From assembly GCA_049599475.1 (NCBI GenBank), contig JBMYOQ010000001.1, positions 1 through 64,000 on the forward strand: a stretch of DNA of 64,000 bases, in the 5' to 3' direction. The DNA comes from Opitutales bacterium. GTDB taxonomy: Bacteria; Verrucomicrobiota; Verrucomicrobiia; Opitutales; JABSRG01. A model generated the notes under the pieces. That model was not told where the DNA came from and searched no databases. It was given only the letters and a program-made list of their open reading frames with translations. Made by a program: the position numbers and the translations under genes. Shown in pieces: positions 40,394-50,322 of this stretch (the first letter of the stretch is position 1; each line of letters opens with the position of its first letter).

Positions 40394-42608
40394 CCAGGTC
40401 GTTCACCTCGGCGATATATTCTGCCTCGGTAAGATCTGTGAAACGGGTGCGCCGGTAGGTGCGTGTATTCGGGGTACCTGGAGGGTAAAAGCCCTCGCTG
40501 CCAAATTTCGCGTGGAAGCCCCAGTTACGACCCGGCGCTCCGTATACGCCGCCTTTGCCCCAGCGCTCGACGGCGACTTCACTGTTGAATAGTGCGACCA
40601 ATGATCCACGGAGCATGAATTCGACGCCCGACCATTTTTCGAGGAACCGGGGGAAATTTTCGACGCCACCACTGTAGGTGGACCCTCCATAGAAGCCCGA
40701 AGGCACTTGTCCTGAAAGGAAGGCTGCAGAGACTTCCGTGAAGGATGCTCTGCGGTCGTTTAGAGAATTGGTGCTGTTGGCATCTACCCAACTATTGCTC
40801 AATACATTGATTGCATCCGCTGCGATGGCTGCGGGCGCTTCCTGTCCTGTCTGCGCGAAAGTATCTGCATCGTCGGCTAGGGTCGCACTTCCGGTATCTG
40901 GATCGCCGTCGGCATTAAAGTTCCCCTGGACGTAGATGTAGGTATTCGTTGAAAAGGTTGTGCCGTAGTTTCCTTCAGCTACTGCGAAGCTAGGATTTGG
41001 AATTGTGGAGCCATTTTGGAGGCGGACAGCGATCGTGTTGTCTGCGGGGGTTACCCAGTCGTCGCGGGCGGGTGCTGAGCCGTCGAGGGGTGTTTGTATG
41101 TAGACGACGCCATTCCAAAAATTAGCTGGTTTCTCTGGAGCAGCAGAGTCCGCTGAAGCGGCCCCCCATTCTTGCTCGTCGTTGTTGTCGAGTAGCGTGC
41201 GTAGCATATCCACATCGATTTCAACGAGATCAGGGGCGCGTCCCTCGCGGGGATCTGTGAAGGCCCCTGAGGTGTCTACGGTCCAGAACTGATCGGCTGG
41301 ATCTATGTTTAAAGTTGTGCGTATCGGAGTGCCGTCGGCGGCGTAGGTGAGGTCTCCATCGGCGTCTCGGGTATAGGTATAGGCGCTCACGGAAGAGCCG
41401 TCATATTCGAGAACGAGGCCAGCCTTGTAGGCGAATTTTTCCTTCTCAAGCTCGCGGCGTTGATTGGCTTCGGCGTAGCCCTCAGGATCGACATCGGGGT
41501 CGGGGAGGGCAAATGTGGTTTCGTTGAGGACGGGTTGGATGAGGTTGTAAGCGTAGTTGAGTGGATCCCAGGCTGCGGTGCTCGGATCGGTGTCGGCTAC
41601 GTATTCATCCACTGCTACGGGGTTTTGCTCGTTGATACCGTGCTCACGTGTTTGGACTTGGCCGTTCCAAAGTTGCGATGCGGTTTCGCGCCAGTCGTCC
41701 ATACTGCTATTCACACCGCTGTTCATTTTAACCAGTGTTCCTGAGCCATCATCGATATAGATGGTTCTGCCGTCGGTGTCGCTGCGATAAGCTGGATCGC
41801 GTCCGTGAAAAATGTCGCCAGCCGTCGTGACGGAGTCATGAAAGTTAAGTCGACTGTTTCCCTTAAGATACATGTCTGAATTGGCGTGAACAGGGCCATA
41901 GATATCCATTTGAGGGCCGGGTGCGATCTCCATAGAAAGCCCGTTGTAGAAGATTGCGTAGGCGAATAGGGGCGAGTCACGCAGTTGCAGGGTCTGTGTC
42001 GTGTAGGAGGCTTGCTCGCGTCCGGTTACAGACGATATTTTTGCTTTGGCGAAGACTTGAACGTAGCGTTCGAAGACTTGATTGCCCTTCATTGGATCAT
42101 TCTCGTTCCCTGGGACATTGGGATCGACAGTGGTCCAGCCAGTGGTCTCGACAACGCCCCCGATGAGCTCGAGATCTTGGCTTCCCCAAGTCGCCGTTTC
42201 ATCGAAACCGCCTTCTGGGACAATTAATTCATAGGTGCCCCATCGATTCGAATTTTCGTCCCCGAGTGTCAAAGTCATGCCCGAAGCGGGGCCTGCCGTT
42301 CCCTTGGAGTAAGTGTTGTAAAAGTCGTCTGTTAGCTCGAGTGGGTTGTTGCTGGGTTTGAGCTCATCTGTTGCGAACGACCACTGGTTGTCAAAACGCT
42401 CCTTGAGCTGTGCGAATCCATACTCTGCTGCGGCTTCCGAAGCCTGCTTCGCAATTAGGTTGGATTCTGCCGCGTAGTTGAGCCGTTGCTCTGTGACGGT
42501 GTAGTTAAAAAGGGATGCAACAACGAGTCCAATCGCTGTGGTAATCATCACGACTGTGAGGACGGTGGAGCCGGTGCGCCGGTCTCTCAGAGGTTGGGGC
42601 GTCTTCAT
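40362..42608 (-). CDS. PilX-like N-terminal large pilus-associated protein
   Basis: RRTG/STVLTVVMI PilX-type leader; LFAYAIFY, GPVHANSD, SGGVENFPRFLE.W. Confidence 0.75.
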   Translation of the reverse strand: MKTPQPLRDRRTGSTVLTVVMITTAIGLVVASLFNYTVTEQRLNYAAESNLIAKQASEAAAEYGFAQLKERFDNQWSFATDELKPSNNPLELTDDFYNTYSKGTAGPASGMTLTLGDENSNRWGTYELIVPEGGFDETATWGSQDLELIGGVVETTGWTTVDPNVPGNENDPMKGNQVFERYVQVFAKAKISSVTGREQASYTTQTLQLRDSPLFAYAIFYNGLSMEIAPGPQMDIYGPVHANSDMYLKGNSRLNFHDSVTTAGDIFHGRDPAYRSDTDGRTIYIDDGSGTLVKMNSGVNSSMDDWRETASQLWNGQVQTREHGINEQNPVAVDEYVADTDPSTAAWDPLNYAYNLIQPVLNETTFALPDPDVDPEGYAEANQRRELEKEKFAYKAGLVLEYDGSSVSAYTYTRDADGDLTYAADGTPIRTTLNIDPADQFWTVDTSGAFTDPREGRAPDLVEIDVDMLRTLLDNNDEQEWGAASADSAAPEKPANFWNGVVYIQTPLDGSAPARDDWVTPADNTIAVRLQNGSTIPNPSFAVAEGNYGTTFSTNTYIYVQGNFNADGDPDTGSATLADDADTFAQTGQEAPAAIAADAINVLSNSWVDANSTNSLNDRRASFTEVSAAFLSGQVPSGFYGGSTYSGGVENFPRFLEKWSGVEFMLRGSLVALFNSEVAVERWGKGGVYGAPGRNWGFHAKFGSEGFYPPGTPNTRTYRRTRFTDLTEAEYIAEVNDLATTWSLTTDY

Positions 42609-42635
42609 AGATATGGGGTTGGGGCTCGATTAGAG

Positions 42636-43328
42636 CTAGTTGCGGGGGTAGATCGCGAAGTTATAGGTGTCAGTGACCTCTTTTGCTGCGTTACCGTGGA
42701 TTATTTGGCCGTTCACGATCACAGATTTATCGCGTAGATTTTGGAAAAGATAGTCGTTGGCTAGGCCTTTGGCTAGATCCACGAGTTCGACTTCGCTGCC
42801 CTGATTAATAGCTGTGGAGACGTAGCTCTCGACAGTGGCCAGCGAGGGGTCCGCGGGTGTGCTAAAAGTGTGGTTTATACGTCTTACGGGTCCTTCGTCT
42901 TCTTCGTTGGTATCCCGATAATAAATGGAGATTTCAGTGTAGTGTAGCGGGTCTGATTCGTTGGGATGAGGCTCTAGGGTGACTAGGACTAGCATGTCGC
43001 CTGCTTCGCCGTCGTCCAACTGATCGGCCGTAGCATCGCGGTCTGTTGCGGTGATCGATCGGTAGAGGAAAAAGGCGTTGGCCTCTCTAGCTTCTCCGAA
43101 CAAGTCTTGCGTGAATGAGCGAACATCTGAATTGATGCCTAGTTTGTGACGCGTGGTAAACATGATCTCCGCGGACTGAATCGCCAACGCGGATATCATG
43201 GTAAAGGTTAAGGATGCTACGAAGGTCGCTATCATTATCTCCGAGAGCGTAAATCCTTGGCGTTTCCTGTTAGAACCTACAGAACCTCGATTGGGGTGTG
43301 GACGGGCTGTCTCAGAAGGTAGGAACAT
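42636..43328 (-). CDS. Prepilin-type N-methylation domain protein (PilW-like minor pilin)
   Basis: RQG/FTLSEIMIA class III signal peptide. Confidence 0.85.
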   Translation of the reverse strand: MFLPSETARPHPNRGSVGSNRKRQGFTLSEIMIATFVASLTFTMISALAIQSAEIMFTTRHKLGINSDVRSFTQDLFGEAREANAFFLYRSITATDRDATADQLDDGEAGDMLVLVTLEPHPNESDPLHYTEISIYYRDTNEEDEGPVRRINHTFSTPADPSLATVESYVSTAINQGSEVELVDLAKGLANDYLFQNLRDKSVIVNGQIIHGNAAKEVTDTYNFAIYPRN

Positions 43329-43815
43329 TGGAAATGATGCTTGAGATTGAACTCAGAAAGATACGTTCTGTCAGCGGTTTCTCGTAACCATACTGAATGT
43401 CCAGCTGGACGGCATCGAGGCCGGTGATCGGGCTTAGCTTGATGCGAATGTATAGATCTGCGGTAATGGTCGTAGTGCCTTCGGAATCTGCATCGATCGG
43501 GATGACCAAGACGCTCTCCACATCATGGGTCAAGGTAGCACTCGAATCGCTGCTGATGACGTATTCGAGGGTCGAAGCATCCCCGTTCGCGATGTCCTCC
43601 AGTTCACTGAATGACATGGCCTTCGTCTGTTCGACAAATCCAGTGACGACGGTTAAGATACTGGAATGGTAAATATTCGCCTCGCTGGCCTTTCGGGTAC
43701 TTAGGACGCTGGGCACCAAGGCAATCGCTGCCATTGAGAAAATGGCGATACCTAGCATGAGCTCTATCAGAGTCATGCCGCATGGCGATGGGCGTCTGGT
43801 GTGTGGATCGTTCAC
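43312..43815 (-). CDS. Prepilin-type N-methylation domain protein (PilV-like minor pilin)
   Basis: CG/MTLIELMLG class III signal peptide. Confidence 0.85.
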   Translation of the reverse strand: MNDPHTRRPSPCGMTLIELMLGIAIFSMAAIALVPSVLSTRKASEANIYHSSILTVVTGFVEQTKAMSFSELEDIANGDASTLEYVISSDSSATLTHDVESVLVIPIDADSEGTTTITADLYIRIKLSPITGLDAVQLDIQYGYEKPLTERIFLSSISSIISNVPTF

Positions 43816-43970
43816 GGGAGAAGGGGAGTCGTCATTATAGCTCCTATTGAATTGTGTTTTAATCCGTTGAAATACGTATAACGATCACGCTTGGTTGTTA
43901 ACCGCGCAATCTCATCCCCATAGGTCGAAGTTTCCCGTGCTGTATTAAGGACTTCTAGGGCTTTGTAACA

Positions 43971-44747
43971 TTAATTTGACGGGTTCCCGCCTTGGAAAGA
44001 TTTGTTAAAGCAATAGATGCTAGCTCCGGCGACTAAGAGCCCAGGGGCGAGTATCCAGCCGATGATCGGAATGAGCATCAATAGTTGATAGGCGCAGCCA
44101 AGACCGAGCAGGCCGAAGCGTTCCTGTCGGCAATAAAGAAACGTCTCCCGGATACTCAGCTCTCTTCGTTCTAGGCAGGGATCGATGCTGCCCATCGCCG
44201 AGAAGTATCCATTGATCATGAAAAAGAGCGCGACCGAAGTGATTTGTCCAATTAAGGGGATCCAAGATATTACGAATGCCAGGCCTAGCCACAGGATCCA
44301 TTTACTCAGAGTTATCGCTAATACGGACAGCGCTCGGATAATGTCTTTTGCAAATCCAATTGTCGAAAAGGGCCTGCCAGCCGCGCCACCCAGATGTGCC
44401 TCGATCTTTTCAGACATTATTCCGAAGAAAGGCGCATACAGGGCGAGGACCAGCTGAGACCCGATGAAGAGTGTCGTCAATGCTCCGAGAACCCAGAGAA
44501 CGCTGGCAGCGATGGCGCTCAGCCAATTGATTTGCGCCCAGTCAGGTAGAGCACCATGAAGCCAAAGCGCGAATTGACCATAATACAGTATGCTCGCGAC
44601 GATGATGGCTGGGATCAGAGCGCATATTAGCACGCCAGGGGCGATTACCCAGTGCCAGAGGCGCGCCGCAGAGAGTACTCTGGCCGCGCGAGGGATGCTT
44701 CCAAACCCTTCGGCTAATTGCTTGAAAGGTCCCTTGGGTTTACTCAC
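43971..44747 (-). CDS. EI24/CysZ-like membrane protein
   Basis: APFFGIMSEKIE, WIPLIG, D..LERR, LIPIIG. Confidence 0.8.
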   Translation of the reverse strand: MSKPKGPFKQLAEGFGSIPRAARVLSAARLWHWVIAPGVLICALIPAIIVASILYYGQFALWLHGALPDWAQINWLSAIAASVLWVLGALTTLFIGSQLVLALYAPFFGIMSEKIEAHLGGAAGRPFSTIGFAKDIIRALSVLAITLSKWILWLGLAFVISWIPLIGQITSVALFFMINGYFSAMGSIDPCLERRELSIRETFLYCRQERFGLLGLGCAYQLLMLIPIIGWILAPGLLVAGASIYCFNKSFQGGNPSN

Positions 44748-45313
44748 TTACTGCCCGGTTTGCTTACAGGAACCGCTGCTAAATCAGGTGGCAGGGCGTT
44801 GGGATCGTAGGTCGGGAAACTGAGCTGGACAAGCGGAGTCAGCGGCGCGGAGAATTGTGCTTTTCCCTCACTGCGGTCGACCAAAACACCGATGGATGTG
44901 ATGTTTGCCTTCAGTCCTTCAAGAATGTCGACAGTTTCTTGGACGCGGCCGCCGCGTGTAATGACGTCTTCGATGATGATGACTTTCTCGCCTTCCTTCA
45001 GTTTGAAGCCGCGCCGCATTGCAAGGTTACCCTCTTCCTTCTCTACAAAGATGAAGCGCTTGCCGAGTTGGCGGGCTACTTCTTGCCCGAGGACGAGTCC
45101 GCCCATCGCGGGGGCGACCACAGTCTCACAATCGATCTCGCCCATACTCTCGATGAGGAGTTCAGCGAGACGAGTGACTTTGTCCAAATACTGACACACC
45201 TGTGCGCACTGGAAGAAATGTCCGCTGTGTAGCCCACTGCGCAGCACAAAATGGCCTTCTTGAAGGGCGCCTGTTTCTTTGAAAATGGAGATGATTTCGT
45301 CTTGTTGATCCAT
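44744..45313 (-). CDS. pyrE: Orotate phosphoribosyltransferase
   Basis: GHFVLRSGLHS, APAMGG, IIEDVITRGG, VDRS. Confidence 0.95.
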   Translation of the reverse strand: MDQQDEIISIFKETGALQEGHFVLRSGLHSGHFFQCAQVCQYLDKVTRLAELLIESMGEIDCETVVAPAMGGLVLGQEVARQLGKRFIFVEKEEGNLAMRRGFKLKEGEKVIIIEDVITRGGRVQETVDILEGLKANITSIGVLVDRSEGKAQFSAPLTPLVQLSFPTYDPNALPPDLAAVPVSKPGSK

Positions 45314-46420
45314 GGGTAAGCTCGGGGAATAAAATCGTGGGTCGGCGAAAAGACAAGTTAAACGCCTTATTGATTTTATCGAAACCTATAAGCGTTGGTT
45401 CGGGAGCCATTTATCTGTCAGAAGCAAACTAAATAGACTGATGGGTTCTCTAGGGGGTCGGGTTAAAAATGTGATGGCGACCGTCAATATTAAATCAGAA
45501 GTTATTGGGATGATTTTTGTTATATTTTGGGCTTTGAGAGAAAAAATATGAAAGACTTTGTAAGGTTTGTACAACAGTAGACATATACTGAGTAACAAGT
45601 CACAGTGAACGCTTCGGCGTTCGTAATCCCTTACCCTACTACCTCCCATGTTGCATTCTACCCCCGATACCGCGACAGGTGCCAATGCTGAGACTCAAAG
45701 AATGGCATCCACTACGACTTTCCTTTTCCGAGTGCAGGAAAACGCTCAGAGATCGTCTCAAAGCTCTCGGGAAGAAGCACATATAACGAGCACAAGCGAG
45801 ATCCCCAGCGGCATGTTCTTTAAGCACGCCGGACGTATCATTCGACTCTGATTGTGTCCTAACGTTAAAGGCGTGATTGGCTATCTGGAGCGTCTTCAAC
45901 TGGCCCTTCAAGGTGGCTCGCTCGCGCCAATGGGGCAACTGGATTAACTTCTATCACCATTGCCTTCTCTCCGACTGAATATGCGAATTCAGATTTTTAA
46001 GAGCCCCTCTATCAGAGCCTCTGAGTAGTTGGAACAGTCCTTACGGCCTTAGCCTTCGTGTTCTGCACAAGCTGGTGAGTCCGTAAGCCATTTCATCCCA
46101 CTCAAGCCTGGCTCTTTCAGATGAGATCCAAGTATTTCGCACAAAATCTGTCACTTGGGGGAGGTCCTCAGAGGACGCTCGCCTCTATCAATCAAAACCT
46201 TGTTAGCAGGGAAATAATAGGGGCGGGCGTCTTCGTTGTTCCGCACCGAAACGGTCAAGGTGTGCCATCTATACGGTTTCCCAAGAGTCCGTTTGCATTG
46301 AGCTCTAGTTGTAATCGTGAGTTTTCCGAGAGAGACGCTGTCTCAAAAGTGGTGGCGCCGGATCACCGGATCCGGCATGAGTGCGTTAGCCCAAACGACT
46401 ATCGCGGACAAGGCCGAGTC

Positions 46421-46446
46421 ATGCTCGCTCGGTGAGCGAGCGCTCC
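46421..46446 (-). repeat. REP-like palindrome (GGAG-type)
   Basis: GGAG-CGCTCGCTCACCGAGCGAGC; same core as the copies at 59.0 and 63.3 kb. Confidence 0.55.
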
Positions 46447-46540
46447 AAAAATAGAGATTTATCAGAATTTTAAGAAACGCTCCATCTAACACGGAACGCT
46501 CACCTCAAAATGACTCGCCCAAGTGAGTGAAAATAAAAAT

Positions 46541-46559
46541 AAATTGTAAACAATATTCA
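46541..46559. promoter_or_regulatory. Putative GntR operator (TTGTAAACAA)
   Basis: 19-bp AAATTGTAAACAATATTCA, repeated exactly at 47206-47224; related palindrome at 53314-53323. Confidence 0.65.
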
Positions 46560-46587
46560 AATAAGCTATGCGTTAGGACGTTTCTTC

Positions 46588-47214
46588 ATGTCACTGAACC
46601 TCCAAAACCGAAAAATTGTCCCTGTCATTGTGCTCGATGATGCTGCCGACGCAGTCCCGCTTGCAGGGGCGCTTCTTGCTGCAAACCTCGATATCATTGA
46701 AATAATGTGCCGGACACCAGCCGCTTTCCAAGCGATTGAGAATGTCCGTATCGCCTTTCCAGAAATGTTGGTCGGCGCAGGAACGGTCGTAACGTCCGAG
46801 CAGGCGCAGCGCTGTGTCGATGCTGGGGTGTTTTTTGGGCTCGCGCCCGGCCTCAACCCGAAGATCGTCTCCTTTTTTCAAGAGCGCGAAATTCCCTTCG
46901 TTCCTGGGGTGATGACGCCTACCGAGATTGAGAAAGGTCTGAGTATGGGATGCACCTTGCAGAAGTTTTTCCCGGCAGGACCCGTGGGAGGCGCGAAATT
47001 CCTCAAGGCAATGGCAGCTCCCTACGCATCTCTGGGACTTCAATTCTGCCCGACCGGAGGCGTCAACCTCGATAATATGGGTGAGTATTTGATGTTGAGC
47101 TGTGTAGCCTGCGTTGGCGGCTCATGGATCGCGACGCGAGATCAGATCCGCGAAAAACGTTGGGCTGAGATCACTCAGCAAGCATCGGATGCATTATTTG
47201 AATCAAAATTGTAA
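46588..47214 (+). CDS. eda: KDPG/KHG aldolase
   Basis: E..RT, GAGTV, PGVMTPTEI, KFFPA, PTGGV, GGSW. Confidence 0.93.
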   Translation: MSLNLQNRKIVPVIVLDDAADAVPLAGALLAANLDIIEIMCRTPAAFQAIENVRIAFPEMLVGAGTVVTSEQAQRCVDAGVFFGLAPGLNPKIVSFFQEREIPFVPGVMTPTEIEKGLSMGCTLQKFFPAGPVGGAKFLKAMAAPYASLGLQFCPTGGVNLDNMGEYLMLSCVACVGGSWIATRDQIREKRWAEITQQASDALFESKL

Positions 47215-47224
47215 ACAATATTCA
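47206..47224. promoter_or_regulatory. Putative GntR operator, copy 2 (overlaps the eda stop)
   Basis: Exact 19-bp repeat of 46541-46559. Confidence 0.65.
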
Positions 47225-47301
47225 CATTTACAAAACTTCTAAAATCTACCGGTGTTTTCTTCAGAACACTCCCCGGAAACCTAATTTTGTTATAGGCAAT
47301 C

Positions 47302-48756
47302 ATGCATAAGCACCCTTTATCCAAATTAATTGGAATTTGGCTCCTAGCACTCATTCTTGGGTCAGTAGCAATCGGCAAAGCGAAGCAGCCGAATGTCCTG
47401 TTTATTTTCATCGATGACCAAGGCTACTACGACTTGAGCAGCTATGGCGCAACTGAAGTCAAAACACCTCATATCGATGGATTGGCCGAACGAGGCGTTA
47501 AGTTCACACAATTCTATTCCGCAGCGCCGATTTGTAGCCCTTCTCGGGCCGGTCTCCTTACGGGGCAGTATCCGCGCCGTACCGGGAATGAAGTATGGGT
47601 GCACCGGCCGGATGCGCATGATGGTATTCCGGAGGAATCGGTGACGATGGCTGAGACCTTCCGAGCCGCCGGATATGCGACAGCATGTATCGGAAAATGG
47701 CATTTGGGCTTTAAAGAAGAGTTCCTCCCATTGAATCAGGGGTTCGACTATCACTATGGGATTTTGCACAATCTCGATCAATATGAAGTGGATCACTTCA
47801 AGGAGGAAGGGGGCATGCCTTTCTTAAGAAATGGAGAGGTGATCGCGAGGAATGTATCGGCGGATGATCTCACAAAAATGTATACAGATGAGTCGATTGC
47901 TTGGATTGAAAAGCAAGCCGGCGCAGACAAGCCATTTTTTCTCTACCTGCCTCACACTATGCTCCACGACCCTCTGGGCGTAAGCGCAGAATTCCGCGGC
48001 AGTTCTCAATGGGGAGAATACGGGGATGCGATCCAGGAAATGGACCATAATGTCGGCCGCATGGTAAAGGCGTTGGAGCGTCTTGGCATCGCCGATGATA
48101 CCCTGGTAATTTACAGCTCAGATAATGGCCGCTGGCCAGGGCGCAACAAGGACCAGCCGATCCGCGGATCTAAGCTCAATACGTTTGAAGGCGGATTGCG
48201 TGTTCCAGCGATCATTGCCGGTGCAAGTGTGGCCAAAGGGATTACAACCGACGCTGTCGCCCACGCCATGGACTGGTATCCGACGCTTGCTTCTTTGGCC
48301 GGTGTAGAAATCCAAGAGGACATCATCCTGGACGGTCGCGACCTCAGTGCGATGCTCGAGGGAAAAACAGAGGATATCCCAGCCTTCGATAACAAGGTTT
48401 CGCTGAATGCTGAGGTGCCGCTCCGTCGTCCGGTCATCACAGATACTGAGTGGGACCCGCACTTTACCCAGGAAGAATACCTGAATGCCTTTTTCTATCA
48501 CGGCAGTCACGGAGCTTTGTCGGCTGTGAGATCCGGCGCGTGGAAGCTCTATCTACATCCGAAGCTGACCTTGTATAATCTGGAAGACGATCCTGGCGAG
48601 CGTAAGGAAATCCATGCTACCTGGCCGAAAGCGGGTGATATTCCGAAGACGGAGATGGCTAAGGCACGTGCGGAAGCATGGCGTATCAAATCCAAGCTGC
48701 GTGGCATGGTCATTCAGTTCCAACGTGAGATGAATCAATATATTCGCGAAAAATGA
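47302..48756 (+). CDS. S1 formylglycine-dependent sulfatase, secreted
   Basis: Signal peptide, IDDQGY, CSPSRAGLLTG, GKWHLG, SDNG. Confidence 0.95.
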   Translation: MHKHPLSKLIGIWLLALILGSVAIGKAKQPNVLFIFIDDQGYYDLSSYGATEVKTPHIDGLAERGVKFTQFYSAAPICSPSRAGLLTGQYPRRTGNEVWVHRPDAHDGIPEESVTMAETFRAAGYATACIGKWHLGFKEEFLPLNQGFDYHYGILHNLDQYEVDHFKEEGGMPFLRNGEVIARNVSADDLTKMYTDESIAWIEKQAGADKPFFLYLPHTMLHDPLGVSAEFRGSSQWGEYGDAIQEMDHNVGRMVKALERLGIADDTLVIYSSDNGRWPGRNKDQPIRGSKLNTFEGGLRVPAIIAGASVAKGITTDAVAHAMDWYPTLASLAGVEIQEDIILDGRDLSAMLEGKTEDIPAFDNKVSLNAEVPLRRPVITDTEWDPHFTQEEYLNAFFYHGSHGALSAVRSGAWKLYLHPKLTLYNLEDDPGERKEIHATWPKAGDIPKTEMAKARAEAWRIKSKLRGMVIQFQREMNQYIREK

Positions 48757-50222
48757 GAGCGGCCCTGCTTATAATAAGTCTGGTAGCGTGCACAGCCTTT
48801 GGGTGGGGCAAAAAGTCGCCAAACATTGTCGTAATCCTTGCGGACGACTATGGTTACGGTAGCTCCAATATTTATGGAGCAAGCGAAGAGCATATTCGTA
48901 CGCCCAATATTAACCAGCTTGCGCATGAAGGTATCCAATTTATGGATGCGAGCACGCCTGCTTCGGTGTGCACACCCACGCGCTATGCGATGCTCACGGG
49001 CAGATATGCATGGCGTGGAAAGATCAAATACGGTGTGTTGAATCCGCCGGAAGGTCCCTTGGTCGTTGAAGACGAGCTCTACACCATGCCAGAATTTCTT
49101 CAGGATAATGGATACCGCACGGCGCACATCGGAAAATGGCATCTTGGATACACAACTTTACCAGAAGTGGAAGATCTCTCGGCTCAACCGCTGTCGCCCG
49201 GACCGCGCTCAATGGGCTTTAATTACCATTTTGCCGTTCCCAACCAGATCGACTGGCTGCCCAAAATTTATGTGGAGAACGAGTCTATTTGGGGCCTGCG
49301 CTCTAAGGGCAAGAATCCGTATGGTAAGAGCTACTACAAAGGCCGTAGTTACCATGGTTATGATGCGCCGCAGCGCGTGACAACTGAAGTGACGGAGGAT
49401 CTCTCTCAGCACGCAGTGCGCTGGATCCGGGAATCACTGCGCGAGCACCCGGACAATCCTTTCTTCCTCTATTTTGCACCCGTGGCGGTGCACCATCCGA
49501 TTGCTCCAAGCGAGCGTTTTCGGGGCACGAGCACTATCGGGCCTTATGGCGATTTTATCCACGACTTAGATTACAGTGTAGGGGAAGTCATGGACGCCCT
49601 TGCTTATGCAGGCGTGACCGACGAGACCCTGATCATTTTTACCAGCGATAATGGCGGTGATGTTTCTATGGAAGAGGACCAAGGACGTCAGAAAGGATTT
49701 TTGGTCAACGGAGAGCTACGCGGTGACAAGCACCTGATCTGGCAAGGAGGCTTAAAGGTTCCCTTCGTGGCGAGGTGGCCAGGCGTCATCGAGCCGGGGA
49801 CAAAAACCGACCGGATGATTAATATCGTAGATCTTTTTGCGACCTTCCAGGAACTCGTCACGGGCCAGGTTGCACCCGCCGAGCAATATGCACCGGATAG
49901 TTTCAGCTTTTTCGGAGAACTCGCAGGGGTAAATCCCGTGAGTGAAGTGCGTTCGTCGATGATCCTCAATGATGTTCGCGGAACTCACGCGATTCGCGGT
50001 GGGGCCTGGAAATATATCGAGTCCAAGCCCAAGCGTCCCATCGACCTGGCTCAGATGAAGAAGAATCCGAATAAATTTCAGCCCATGCTCTTCAATCTCA
50101 ATGAAGATCCCTGTGAGGAAAACGATGTTATCGCCGAATTTCCCGAGATCGCCGAGAAGATGCAACGGAAGCTAGATCAAATTCGTGATGCTGGGTCCGA
50201 ACGCCTTGTATCCAAAATGTAA
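48753..50222 (+). CDS. S1 sulfatase (arylsulfatase-like), secreted
   Basis: ADDYGY, CTPTRYAMLTG, GKWHLG, TSDNG. Confidence 0.95.
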   Translation: MRAALLIISLVACTAFGWGKKSPNIVVILADDYGYGSSNIYGASEEHIRTPNINQLAHEGIQFMDASTPASVCTPTRYAMLTGRYAWRGKIKYGVLNPPEGPLVVEDELYTMPEFLQDNGYRTAHIGKWHLGYTTLPEVEDLSAQPLSPGPRSMGFNYHFAVPNQIDWLPKIYVENESIWGLRSKGKNPYGKSYYKGRSYHGYDAPQRVTTEVTEDLSQHAVRWIRESLREHPDNPFFLYFAPVAVHHPIAPSERFRGTSTIGPYGDFIHDLDYSVGEVMDALAYAGVTDETLIIFTSDNGGDVSMEEDQGRQKGFLVNGELRGDKHLIWQGGLKVPFVARWPGVIEPGTKTDRMINIVDLFATFQELVTGQVAPAEQYAPDSFSFFGELAGVNPVSEVRSSMILNDVRGTHAIRGGAWKYIESKPKRPIDLAQMKKNPNKFQPMLFNLNEDPCEENDVIAEFPEIAEKMQRKLDQIRDAGSERLVSKM

Positions 50223-50322
50223 GTGTCGGGCGTCAGCATAGAGACCTCGTGTGCGGGAAAGCAATGGAGCATGTGGGGTCAATTTTGGCACGGGTCCTAT
50301 ATCCCCCTTCTTATCCTCAATT

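Noticed and set aside
45639..45938. RAYT transposase remnant (LPHWR-like start)
   Set aside because: No following TF/HUH (MP.H.H) motifs are recognisable in the frames I examined.
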